IMG/VR virus record: IMGVR_UViG_3300028388_006015
Location: 1 to 64,000 of that record
Length of the DNA: 64,000 bases
Strand: one strand, 5' to 3'
Origin: a virus
Below the pieces are notes generated by a model, which worked only from the letters and a program-made list of their open reading frames with translations, did no database searches and was not told the origin of the DNA. This document shows, piece by piece, positions 8,630-17,795 of the stretch. The position numbers and the translations under genes are program-made. Numbering within the stretch: the first letter of the stretch is position 1; each line of letters starts with the position of its first letter.

Positions 8630-11600
8630 TTAAACTACAACATAATTGCAATCTTCACCTATCGAGTGAATGCAATTACAATTATTATATGTGTCATACT
8701 GTACTTTACCAAATAAAAGTAGGATTCGTCCTTCATTGCCCTTAATAGCAGAACGAACATCATCCCAAACATCAGGCCATGCTAGTATCGTTAATATTTC
8801 GTCATTAACTTGTAATGTGATAATGCCAAATTTGTCAGATCTTTTTGTTTTGCGCTGTTTAAATTCAACAATAACACCACCAACAATAGTGTTTCTGCCT
8901 ACAGAATCTTTTGATTGCAATTCATTCCAATCCATCCATGTATGTGAGTAATCACTAACAAACGCACTACTCTTGATTAATTCAAGAAAATCAATATGTC
9001 CTAAGCCGCACAATTCGCGCTGTTTCAATATCCACCAATATGGATACTGACGTCCCTCATCCTCTTTAAGATTGAAAATTTCAGGTTCGTAGCCGTAATC
9101 CATATAATAACGATAAAGAACATCCATTCTCTTTTCTGGACTCGTTACATCACACACGTCATCAAATGCTCCACAGTAAATAAGATTTTCAACGACACGC
9201 TTATTGACTTTGCGCTTCTCAACACAATCCAAGAAATCTGACAATCCAAAAAACTGTCCTCCATTAGCCTTTCTCGCATCAATTATATGTTGAGATGCTA
9301 CAGCACCAACATGCTTTATCTTATCAAAAGACCAATAGATATTATTGTGATCGTTTGTAAGGTATGTTGATTGAGACTTATTGATATCAGGTGGAAGAAC
9401 ATCAAAGTCCATATTGAGATGATTGATCTCAGATAGGTAATTAGGGATATCGTGATCTTTGGCAAATTGAAAGGCTGTTATCCAAAACTCAAGAGGGTAG
9501 TTTACTTTAAACCACTGTGAAATATAACCAGTTATCGCATAAGCTGCAGCATGAGATCTATTAAACCCATATCCTGCAAACACTTCCAACTTATTCCAAA
9601 TTTCCTCAGCCTCTTTTGCAGAACAATCATTCTTGATAGCACCCTTTATAAACTTGTCTTTGTACTCGTCCATAAGGTGCTGAATCTTCTTACCCATCGC
9701 CTTACGTACAGCATCAGCCTCACTTGCAGAAAAACCACCAAGAACGCGACATGCGCTCATAACTTGCTCTTGATATATATATAGACCGTATGTTGATTGT
9801 GTTACGCTTTTAAGCTTAAAATCATATTCCGGTTGCTCTTCGCCAAATTTACGTTTAACGTATTTAATATGAGCTCCTGTACCAATTGCACCAGGTCGAT
9901 ATAACGCGATCATTGCAATGAGATCTTCTATGTTCTGAGGCTTAACTTCAACAGAATATGACTTTAATCCTGCACTGCCAAAGTGAAAGTTATCCTCATT
10001 ATACCCTTTACTATACAGCTCATACACACGATTATCGTCAAGGGGAATGTTTTCGATATCTATTCTTTTGCCATGATTACGCTCAATAAGCTCGATAATG
10101 TTTTGAAACTTGTCTAATTGCTCAATGCCAAGAATGTCTTCTTTTAGAAAACCAGTTTTTTCTGTAAACTCTCCTTCCCATTCACTAATAAGCATGTTGC
10201 CTTCTTTTCTTAAAGGTACATACGTATATAAATCACTATCAATGTTATTGTGGTCTTTCTTGGGAACAATCAGAGTTGCACATGCATGAACGCCAACACT
10301 TTTAGGTTGATGAAGTAGATCTATAATGTCGTTAATGTATATGGCATTACTTTGCACAAATTCATACAACTGAGGCTTAGATTTCGCATTTGCAAATAAC
10401 AAGGATATCTCATTAGTTGCGCGTGAATCTTCATCGAGCATTTTAGTAAGTAACGAGCGATGTCCTGCATTAATAGATCGAATACGACCAATTTCTTGAA
10501 TCGCTGATTTGATCTGTAACGTCTGAACAGTTCCAACACTACACACATAATCAAAACCATACTTTTGTTGCATGTATGCTTTAACCTCTTCTCTTCGAGT
10601 GCCAGGAAAATCAGTGTCGATATCAGGCATAGATTTCTTAATACGAGCTTCATTGAGAAATCGCTCAAACAACAAATTGTATTTTATCGGGTCAATTTTG
10701 GTTATATTTAATAAATATGAAACAAGACAACCACCTGCACTTCCTCTACCAATTCCCGTTATTATGCCATTTTGTTTACACCACATAACCAGATCCCACA
10801 GTATAAGAAAATAATCAACAAACCCTCCTTGCTTAATAATGCGCACTTCTTCTTTGAGACGAGCAATGTATTTCGGCCAATCATCTTGATCAACCTTTTG
10901 GTACAGGCCCTCTTCGAGAATACTCTTAAACAACGTATCACGATCGCCATACTGCTGTAATTGCTGCTCGTCTAACTCATACTGTGGAAGATGGAGATTT
11001 TTAGTATCGACTAAGAAATTACACGCATCAACAATCAATTGTGTATTGATGCACATTTGCTTAAATGCCTTTTGAAAAGCAATATCGTCTGTTGCTAATT
11101 CTTGTGCTTGAACGAATAAATCGTCACAGTTCTTAAAGTATTGATCGTATGACGTTTGACTAAATTTTCCGCTTATACGACTTAGTGTTTGGCGAACACC
11201 ACTATTATGATGATTGCAATAGTATATGTCGTCACACCATATAAATTCAATACGCTCTTTATGGGCGTGGTAATTCTTTGTTAATGTTGTTAGGCGTAAA
11301 CGATCATAATCGTTATTCATAAAGCGCGTCAATGTAAATTGACCATAAAACATATCAAAACTACCAACACCCTGCACTATTGTATCAAAACTATGTTCGC
11401 GATCACTCATATTGATAATACACGCCAATCCTTTGCTGTATTGAGTGCTAAGATCTTGCCAATTAATGCTACGCACCTCATCATCTGTAATGTTAAGTTT
11501 ATGGCTAATCTTGAGAAGGTTTTGCCAACCATCTTCGTTAAGAGCATATACTTTAACACCATCAACATATTCATCAAAATCAACATCAACACTCATGCCA

Positions 11601-12097
11601 ATTATTGGCTTTATGTTGTGTTTAAGACATTGTAATTGAAAATCAACAACACCACGCAAAGTATGATGTTCTGCAATGCCAAGTGCACTAATTCCTAAAA
11701 ATTTTGCTTTGCGACAATAATCAGAATACTCTCCACTACCACTCAAGATCTCATACTTGCCATGAATAGCGAGTGGACTGTAATCTAAAACAATGCCTTG
11801 ATCTGAAACACCGATATATAAGAAATCATTAAACTGGGGATGAATATCGTCGCACGAATTATAGTAAAATCGCCTACCAAAGTGATAAACAAAAAAATGT
11901 GGATCGAACTTACGAGCCAAAATGATCTCCGAAGCACTAAGTGAAAGTTGAAAGTCATCGTTGATGAGAAACGACTTATCCTCTAGTAACAGAAAAGTGT
12001 GATCGGTTCCTTCAACACCAAACACTCTGCCATCTGCTGCTATTGGATAAATGCTAATCTTATTGTTATAACACCATTGATCGAACGCCTCACTCAT
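8630..12097 (-). CDS. dnaE: DNA polymerase III alpha subunit (family C)
   Basis: PHP domain (IHGKYEILSG, IKPIIG), GIGRGSAGGCLVSYLLNIT, LLFERFLN, MPDIDTDF, ALYRPG, YGFNRSHAAAY, C-terminal OB fold; ~100-aa N-terminal extension. Confidence 0.97.
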   Translation of the reverse strand: MSEAFDQWCYNNKISIYPIAADGRVFGVEGTDHTFLLLEDKSFLINDDFQLSLSASEIILARKFDPHFFVYHFGRRFYYNSCDDIHPQFNDFLYIGVSDQGIVLDYSPLAIHGKYEILSGSGEYSDYCRKAKFLGISALGIAEHHTLRGVVDFQLQCLKHNIKPIIGMSVDVDFDEYVDGVKVYALNEDGWQNLLKISHKLNITDDEVRSINWQDLSTQYSKGLACIINMSDREHSFDTIVQGVGSFDMFYGQFTLTRFMNNDYDRLRLTTLTKNYHAHKERIEFIWCDDIYYCNHHNSGVRQTLSRISGKFSQTSYDQYFKNCDDLFVQAQELATDDIAFQKAFKQMCINTQLIVDACNFLVDTKNLHLPQYELDEQQLQQYGDRDTLFKSILEEGLYQKVDQDDWPKYIARLKEEVRIIKQGGFVDYFLILWDLVMWCKQNGIITGIGRGSAGGCLVSYLLNITKIDPIKYNLLFERFLNEARIKKSMPDIDTDFPGTRREEVKAYMQQKYGFDYVCSVGTVQTLQIKSAIQEIGRIRSINAGHRSLLTKMLDEDSRATNEISLLFANAKSKPQLYEFVQSNAIYINDIIDLLHQPKSVGVHACATLIVPKKDHNNIDSDLYTYVPLRKEGNMLISEWEGEFTEKTGFLKEDILGIEQLDKFQNIIELIERNHGKRIDIENIPLDDNRVYELYSKGYNEDNFHFGSAGLKSYSVEVKPQNIEDLIAMIALYRPGAIGTGAHIKYVKRKFGEEQPEYDFKLKSVTQSTYGLYIYQEQVMSACRVLGGFSASEADAVRKAMGKKIQHLMDEYKDKFIKGAIKNDCSAKEAEEIWNKLEVFAGYGFNRSHAAAYAITGYISQWFKVNYPLEFWITAFQFAKDHDIPNYLSEINHLNMDFDVLPPDINKSQSTYLTNDHNNIYWSFDKIKHVGAVASQHIIDARKANGGQFFGLSDFLDCVEKRKVNKRVVENLIYCGAFDDVCDVTSPEKRMDVLYRYYMDYGYEPEIFNLKEDEGRQYPYWWILKQRELCGLGHIDFLELIKSSAFVSDYSHTWMDWNELQSKDSVGRNTIVGGVIVEFKQRKTKRSDKFGIITLQVNDEILTILAWPDVWDDVRSAIKGNEGRILLLFGKVQYDTYNNCNCIHSIGEDCNYVVV

Positions 12098-12722
12098 AAT
12101 ATGATATATTTTTGTTGTGAAACCAATTAAGTAGCAACTGGGCCTTATATAAAGTAATGTGCTTTATGTAAGTTCCATATCTATTATTCTTGCCAAACTT
12201 ATATTGTGTTTTCTCAAAGTAAGATGGAACATTCTCATATAGGAATTTTTGAGAACGGAATAGTGGAAAATACATGCCAAACTCAAAATAATCTTGTAAT
12301 GTTGGTCGAAAATGCTTTAATCTAAGAATTGGCCTCGCATCGTATGTAATGATAACGCTTTTTGCTCGAAATTGCCATCCTAAATCTTCTACATCGAAAG
12401 GTGGGTATAAAAAGAGGTTGTTTTTAAGTTTTTCTCTAATGCCTGGAAATTCTTTCACGTAAAATCTTCCACTATATTCAGCGTCAGAAGACATACGTTT
12501 CTTCTGAGAAACATTTGTCCATTTCGACAACCAATAGTAAAAGTCCAATTTCAATCGAATTCCCTCAAGAGGAGCCAATATTTCACAGTATTCAATAAGT
12601 TGACAATCTCTAGGATACAATACACCAACTTCATTTTCAACACGATCACGCATAAGTCTTCGCGCTTTTGTTGGCGTGTCAACCTCGTCCGTTTGACATA
12701 GTGCGTAAATAATTTCTATCAT
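12090..12722 (-). CDS. Hypothetical protein overlapping the dnaE start
   Basis: 210-aa ORF, aromatic and basic. Confidence 0.6.
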   Translation of the reverse strand: MIEIIYALCQTDEVDTPTKARRLMRDRVENEVGVLYPRDCQLIEYCEILAPLEGIRLKLDFYYWLSKWTNVSQKKRMSSDAEYSGRFYVKEFPGIREKLKNNLFLYPPFDVEDLGWQFRAKSVIITYDARPILRLKHFRPTLQDYFEFGMYFPLFRSQKFLYENVPSYFEKTQYKFGKNNRYGTYIKHITLYKAQLLLNWFHNKNISYYE

Positions 12723-12736
12723 TGTATAGTATAGTT

Positions 12737-12769
12737 AGAAAGGGGCAACTTACAATAATAAGTTGCCCC
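12737..12769 (-). terminator. Rho-independent terminator
   Basis: Perfect 11-bp stem GGGGCAACTTA-N6-TAAGTTGCCCC followed by TTTCT on the minus strand. Confidence 0.85.
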
Positions 12770-12799
12770 ACAAAAACTGTCTGAAAACAAAAAAGAGAA

Positions 12800-13630
12800 C
12801 TACTTATCTGCATCTTCTTTCTCGGCTGTTTGACCAGATGCTTTTTTCGCCTCTATTACCAGCTGATACTTAGAGATTACAGAATACACGAAGCTGTAGT
12901 GAGAACCAACCATACGAGCAATTTGTGCTTTGGGATATCCCAAATCAAACAAACGCCGCATACGTTCGGACTTCTTGAGCTGAGGATCTTCAATGATGCG
13001 CTGAGCGTCTTTGGTCATTGGCTTTTCCACAACCTGACGGCCACGGGCCTTACTACCTTCACTGTCATCTTTCTTCTTGGAAGTTGTCTTCTTGACAGAA
13101 GCTTTTTTAGCTGCTTTGGTCGTAGACTCTTTTTTTGCAGGTGCCTTCTTTGTCGTTGATTTCTTGGCGGTAGGCGTCTTAGCTGCCGGTTTTTTCTTAG
13201 CAGTAGTCTTTTTTGCAGCGCCTTTTTTAGCGGGTGCTTTTTTTGCAGTGCCAATAATGTCGTCCAAAGCACTTTGTGCATCTGCTGCAGAAACAACACC
13301 TTCGTACTTATCAACGAGGTCGTCGTATTCTACTGTTTCGACAGTGCGCGAAAGATCGGTGCCTTCAGGAAGATTGTCAACGATTGTTTGCAGTTCGCCT
13401 TTAAAGCCGTCAAGTGTCAACGACTGTTCACTTTTTTGTTCGGAAGGTTGGTTGCTTTCAGGCTCTTGCTTAACGGGCTGTTCTTGTTCGGGTTGAGCGT
13501 CTTCTGAGAGCGATTCCATCAACAGAGTGCGCAACTCTTCGGCCTTTTGGCCGTTGAACTTAATTCCCACCTCTTTTGCCATCCTGATCAAGGCAGGGTA
13601 CTTTGCATTTTGAATTTCTGCTTTAGTCAT
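12800..13630 (-). CDS. Histone-H1-like DNA-binding protein (HeH-like N-terminus, PAKK/TAKK repeats, C-terminal HTH)
   Basis: AKKAPAKKGAAKKTTAKKKPAAK... tract; KKSERMRRLFDLGYPKAQIARMVGSHYSFVYSV HTH. Confidence 0.75.
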   Translation of the reverse strand: MTKAEIQNAKYPALIRMAKEVGIKFNGQKAEELRTLLMESLSEDAQPEQEQPVKQEPESNQPSEQKSEQSLTLDGFKGELQTIVDNLPEGTDLSRTVETVEYDDLVDKYEGVVSAADAQSALDDIIGTAKKAPAKKGAAKKTTAKKKPAAKTPTAKKSTTKKAPAKKESTTKAAKKASVKKTTSKKKDDSEGSKARGRQVVEKPMTKDAQRIIEDPQLKKSERMRRLFDLGYPKAQIARMVGSHYSFVYSVISKYQLVIEAKKASGQTAEKEDADK

Positions 13631-13665
13631 GCTATTTGCATTGTTTTTTTGTTAAAAAATATGAT

Positions 13666-13700
13666 GAGCGAAAAATACAAAGTATTTTTTTGACTATCAA
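13666..13700 (-). promoter_or_regulatory. Possible Bacteroidota-type promoter (TAnnTTT[G/C/A]) upstream of the histone-like gene
   Basis: Minus strand AAAAAATACTTTGTATTTTTCGC; related words upstream of ruvC, dut-like, sheath and portal. Confidence 0.35.
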
Positions 13701-13718
13701 CTAAATACTTACAACTTT

Positions 13719-14561
13719 TTAATCCAGGGACGTGTTCTGGAGAATTTTTTGTATCCACTTGATATTCTTCTTAACGTTACTTTCAAAATGCAAGTCTGGT
13801 TGAGCTGCGTAAAAGTCGACCTCACGAGCAATTTTGCCATTAACTAAGCCTCTCGCACTGTTGTCAAATGTAATACCATTATATGCATGCCATATCGCAG
13901 TACTAGAGTCGTTGCTATATGCAAGGCGCAACTTTTTCATTAATAATAATTCTCTAGGGTCACCACATCCTAAAAAGTGATGACGTGCATTAACGACTGT
14001 AAGATGGTTTTGTTGAAGATGAATCGTAGCAAATGTGCGATTTAGTGAAATATCTTTAGTTCCAGTTAATGATTGAAATGCATTAGGAATACCAAGAATA
14101 CTCATCCCGACCCACCAAAGGCGAAAATCGTTAGTAGAGGCTGCCTGTTGATACAATATACTTTTGTAACACATAATCCATCCTCTCCAGTCCCCTATTT
14201 CAGATTGAGGTACGCCCATTAAAGCAACACTATCAGGAAGATTATGTTCTTTCCATACCAGCGCGTCAGAAAATGCTTCTGCTGTCTTCTGCCAATTATC
14301 TCCCGGATAGTCTGGAGCTACAATAACATTTGGTATGATCGCTGCTTTTTCAAGCTTAGCCCATATATGTTCAAGGCTCATTGGAGAACCATTTTCAAAA
14401 GCACCATTATCAACAATAATGAAATCACCTCTTTCACTCTTATCGCGATAAAAGTCGCAATATTTCTTATTGTCAAGAAGATGTGCGAGTAATAAGTGAA
14501 AATCACTGTTTTGAGGTACGTAATCTAATAATGGAATTGGAGCAATATATGCATGCTTCAT
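13719..14561 (-). CDS. dpdA: TGT-fold 7-deazaguanine transglycosylase (DpdA, probably DpdA3-like)
   Basis: TGT motifs in order: IVDNGAFE (DSGGF-like), IVAPD, MGVPQ, HHFLGC, SNDSS. 280 aa, no tRNA-TGT Zn site; last gene of the que cluster. Confidence 0.8.
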   Translation of the reverse strand: MKHAYIAPIPLLDYVPQNSDFHLLLAHLLDNKKYCDFYRDKSERGDFIIVDNGAFENGSPMSLEHIWAKLEKAAIIPNVIVAPDYPGDNWQKTAEAFSDALVWKEHNLPDSVALMGVPQSEIGDWRGWIMCYKSILYQQAASTNDFRLWWVGMSILGIPNAFQSLTGTKDISLNRTFATIHLQQNHLTVVNARHHFLGCGDPRELLLMKKLRLAYSNDSSTAIWHAYNGITFDNSARGLVNGKIAREVDFYAAQPDLHFESNVKKNIKWIQKILQNTSLD

Positions 14562-15049
14562 TGTGATTGCATTTTATTGATAATGAATTGTTTTACTTTA
14601 GTCAAACCAAGCTCATTGTCTCTTTCGTTCGCCTTATCAAAATTCTCAATAGACGTCTGTCCGTTCTTATCACTCTGTTGACGAAATCGCTCATATCGCT
14701 CTTCATAAGGAGCCTCTATCCATATATATGTGCAATTTGGTAAGTCTTGAATCAAAGACAGTTGTCTTGGTCCAATAACTAATACAAGAATATTAATGTT
14801 AAGCGATATAGACTGATCGTAAAAATCTGCAACGCGATTGTGAATGGTTTGTTTAATCGCCTGTTCGAGATGAGCACTATCTTGAAGATCTGAACGCTTA
14901 TCGGAGTTCAGAAGATTTCTTACAATCATTGAAATCTCAATAATGCCAATGAAATCGTATACTCCGTTAAGGCTCTGTTCTGCTATTGTTGCGGCAAGTG
15001 TGCTTTTTCCACTACACAACTTACCGGCTATTACCATTGTTGCTATCAT
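14558..15049 (-). CDS. P-loop nucleoside-monophosphate-kinase-like protein
   Basis: IAGKLCSGKST Walker A; IGPRQ; IWIEAPYEERYER lid motif. TAATG overlap with dpdL and ATGA overlap with dpdA. Confidence 0.75.
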   Translation of the reverse strand: MIATMVIAGKLCSGKSTLAATIAEQSLNGVYDFIGIIEISMIVRNLLNSDKRSDLQDSAHLEQAIKQTIHNRVADFYDQSISLNINILVLVIGPRQLSLIQDLPNCTYIWIEAPYEERYERFRQQSDKNGQTSIENFDKANERDNELGLTKVKQFIINKMQSQ

Positions 15050-15399
15050 TACTGTCTCATTACTTTTGCGCCATTTTCTCCGTCCTCGAGTACAGTGCAA
15101 GATTCTAAATTAAAATCCTTGACCAGCAAACGAGCAATCATCTCGCAACTCATATTGCCAAAGTCCAACATTGCATATGTTGGCGACATATATGTTATTT
15201 CAAGATAGTCACGCACTGCACGTTTAAATAGAATAATCTCGATGTCTCGATCGTCATGCGTCACGCTCTTTTCGCACGTAATGTGAAATATATGACGATG
15301 AGGGTATTCAAGAAACTGAACTGTGACATCAAACTGACCTGCGTCCGGCCAACAATGAATTCCTTCTACCTGAAGATTGATAATTATGTTAACTCTCAT
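15049..15399 (-). CDS. dpdL: QueD-paralog T-fold protein (DpdL-like, predicted CDG decarboxylase)
   Basis: EGIHCWP, LEYPHRHIF (LxxxHRHxF), HDDRDIE, SCEMIA, EDGENGA; a second T-fold gene beside a canonical queD. Confidence 0.75.
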   Translation of the reverse strand: MRVNIIINLQVEGIHCWPDAGQFDVTVQFLEYPHRHIFHITCEKSVTHDDRDIEIILFKRAVRDYLEITYMSPTYAMLDFGNMSCEMIARLLVKDFNLESCTVLEDGENGAKVMRQ

Positions 15400-16061
15400 G
15401 CTTTGCGTTGTTTGTCGTTTTGATAGGAAGATCCCTTAGATTCGTTACCGTATAAGTCTCCATCCTGAACAGGATTAACTGAATGAGCGAGAATTTGACC
15501 GAGACGAGCATCTTTTTGAATGATCACACTTCCATTTAACACATGAAACACAGTGCCCATTTGTTCAGTCTCGAATCCTGGATCGAATACTGCAGAAACG
15601 AGAAGACATGAACCGCGCAACATCGTTGATCTATGACGAATTTCAAGCCATGTGTCTGCAGGAATCTGACAGCCTTCATTGAATGTAATGTGATAAGAAC
15701 CAGGTTTCAATCTCCAACAAATACCATACTCGTCATGCATAAAAGTAGCACATTCGCGAAGAGGACGAAGATACTTTTTCTCAAAGCCAACAACAAGTTC
15801 AATATCTTCTCCATCAGCGGCAGTAAAAACTTCCTGTTCTATTTTAGCAACAGTAAGATCAATACCAACTTGTTGAATTTGTTTGTCGAGACGAGAAACA
15901 ATATCAACAAAGTCTTTGCGGTCTTGATCGGTCATGTCTTCTTTGAGAAGAAGTTGAGGAAGGTTGGTAATGATGCCACTTTCGTATAGATCGCGACCAT
16001 TCATCGTTGTTAATGGATAGTTAACAGCGGAATACGGAAAAATATCTTGCAAATGAATCAT
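15396..16061 (-). CDS. Trimeric dUTPase/dCTP-deaminase-fold protein
   Basis: QQVGIDLTV, LKPGSY, RSTMLR, AVFDPGF, ARLGQI, C-terminal YG..SYQ. Confidence 0.85.
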   Translation of the reverse strand: MIHLQDIFPYSAVNYPLTTMNGRDLYESGIITNLPQLLLKEDMTDQDRKDFVDIVSRLDKQIQQVGIDLTVAKIEQEVFTAADGEDIELVVGFEKKYLRPLRECATFMHDEYGICWRLKPGSYHITFNEGCQIPADTWLEIRHRSTMLRGSCLLVSAVFDPGFETEQMGTVFHVLNGSVIIQKDARLGQILAHSVNPVQDGDLYGNESKGSSYQNDKQRKA

Positions 16062-16093
16062 AAGATTGTGGTTTTTGCTAAAATTAATACTTT

Positions 16094-16738
16094 TTATAAT
16101 GATTTGCTAATCAAACTGAAGAATTCAACTCTCGTACCAACTTCGTTTGTGTGAAAGTACCCTGAAAGCTGTGACGTGCGCATCAAACTGTCGTGACGAA
16201 CACCTCTACAACCAACACATTGATGTTTGGCTTCAATAACTACAGCAACTCCTCTGTTGCCTGTACACTTTTTATTTACAAAATCGTGCACTTGTTTCGT
16301 TAACGATTCTTGAACATTGGGCCTACGAGCAAACCAATCAACGATGCGATTGAGTTTAGAGAGACCAACCATACGATCGTCCACATTTTTGCCAGGAATA
16401 TATGCTACATGAGCTACACCAATAAATGGCAAATTGTGATGAGCACACATACTGTGAACAGGAATATTGCATTGAATAATCTGACCAGTGTATCGCTCTT
16501 CGTTAGGGAATGCTGTAATTTTAGGCTCTTGTGAAAAACATCCCACTGCAAGATCATTAAACCACGCTTTTGCTACACGTAATGGTGTGTCTCGCATATG
16601 TGGATCGTATTGCCAATCAAAACCCAAAGCAGTTAAGAATTTACCATAGTGTTTTGCAGCCAAATGTGTGCGAGTTTCTATTTCAGCTTCAGTCAAAGGA
16701 TTGTTTTGATTGTGATAAATCTTTCTATCTAAGCTCAT
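16094..16738 (-). CDS. folE: GTP cyclohydrolase I
   Basis: DTPLRVAKA, SMCAHHNLPFIGVAHVAYIP, GLSKLNRIVD, RRPNVQESLT, HQCVGCRGV. Confidence 0.97.
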   Translation of the reverse strand: MSLDRKIYHNQNNPLTEAEIETRTHLAAKHYGKFLTALGFDWQYDPHMRDTPLRVAKAWFNDLAVGCFSQEPKITAFPNEERYTGQIIQCNIPVHSMCAHHNLPFIGVAHVAYIPGKNVDDRMVGLSKLNRIVDWFARRPNVQESLTKQVHDFVNKKCTGNRGVAVVIEAKHQCVGCRGVRHDSLMRTSQLSGYFHTNEVGTRVEFFSLISKSL

Positions 16739-16752
16739 AAGACTTTTTTTTG

Positions 16753-17016
16753 TTAATGATAAGGTTGACAGTAAGTTATTGTAATTTGTTCTCGATAATT
16801 CGCGTAATATTCTTTTATTGCACACAATTCGTGAATAATCTCCTGTTCAGAAGGCATTTGTGGAAAGAATAATTGCTCCTGATGCTCTCTAGGAAGAGGG
16901 AGCATATTGATTTGCAACTTGATTAAAAATTTGCAATTGTGATGGGTGTTACCTTCATCTTCCGGATTAATATCGGAATATCCCAAATGCCTTTTATAGA
17001 GTTCTTCTTTACTCAC
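16753..17016 (-). CDS. Hypothetical protein inside the deazaguanine cluster
   Basis: 87-aa ORF overlapping the queE stop. Confidence 0.5.
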   Translation of the reverse strand: MSKEELYKRHLGYSDINPEDEGNTHHNCKFLIKLQINMLPLPREHQEQLFFPQMPSEQEIIHELCAIKEYYANYREQITITYCQPYH

Positions 17017-17795
17017 ACCTCTCTTTTATTGCCGTGAATAATAATGTGCAAACGATCTGTGTAATTGTATCCACGCTCAATGCAGATCTGTTCAAGCCAT
17101 TGACGTGATTGTTCAAGTTTTTCATTCACATCACCTGCAGGCATAAGCCAACAATGATTTGCAGGTATATTAAGAACGACACGAATATGTTCAAACTCTT
17201 TAAGGGAGTCATCATCCTCAATAACCGGTTTAACTTGATAATCTTTACAACCACAACGAATCCATGATTTCATTGCGTCATAATTGCTACGCCATTTATT
17301 GTGACGATCTACGTCTTTCTGAGTTACCTTGCGACCAATCTCTGTAATAAAACTATCAACGACAGGTACAGAGTTGCTAAGCTTAGGCGAAAGAGAGAGT
17401 AAATCAATTCGATGAGATAAACGAGTGCCAAACCATTCGATCCATTCAGAACCTTCAGTTTCGAGTGTAATGTGACTGTCAGAAACACGCCACCGAATAA
17501 ACTCAACAACTTGTGGTAAAATTGTCTTTTGAAGTGTAGGACCTCCTCCAGTAATTATAAAGTGCTTGATATGCTGATTTTCACTAATTAAAGCAGCAAT
17601 GCGCTCGTACGTCCAAGATCCCTTTTCTGGTTTCCATGAAGAATACCAAGTATCACAAACACTATTTGCGAATTGACATCTCAATCGACAACCGACAAAA
17701 CGAATCATAATGCTTGGTGTTCCTATAAGTTTTCCTTCACCCTGCAAACAAGTGTACACCTCATTTATTGGCAGTGGTTTACTTTCTGTCATCAT
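17013..17795 (-). CDS. queE: 7-carboxy-7-deazaguanine synthase (radical SAM)
   Basis: EVYTCLQGEG..IGTPSIMIRFVGC, CRLRCQFANSVCDT (CX3CX6C), ITGGGP, TLETEG, SLSPKL, RLHI. Confidence 0.93.
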   Translation of the reverse strand: MMTESKPLPINEVYTCLQGEGKLIGTPSIMIRFVGCRLRCQFANSVCDTWYSSWKPEKGSWTYERIAALISENQHIKHFIITGGGPTLQKTILPQVVEFIRWRVSDSHITLETEGSEWIEWFGTRLSHRIDLLSLSPKLSNSVPVVDSFITEIGRKVTQKDVDRHNKWRSNYDAMKSWIRCGCKDYQVKPVIEDDDSLKEFEHIRVVLNIPANHCWLMPAGDVNEKLEQSRQWLEQICIERGYNYTDRLHIIIHGNKREV

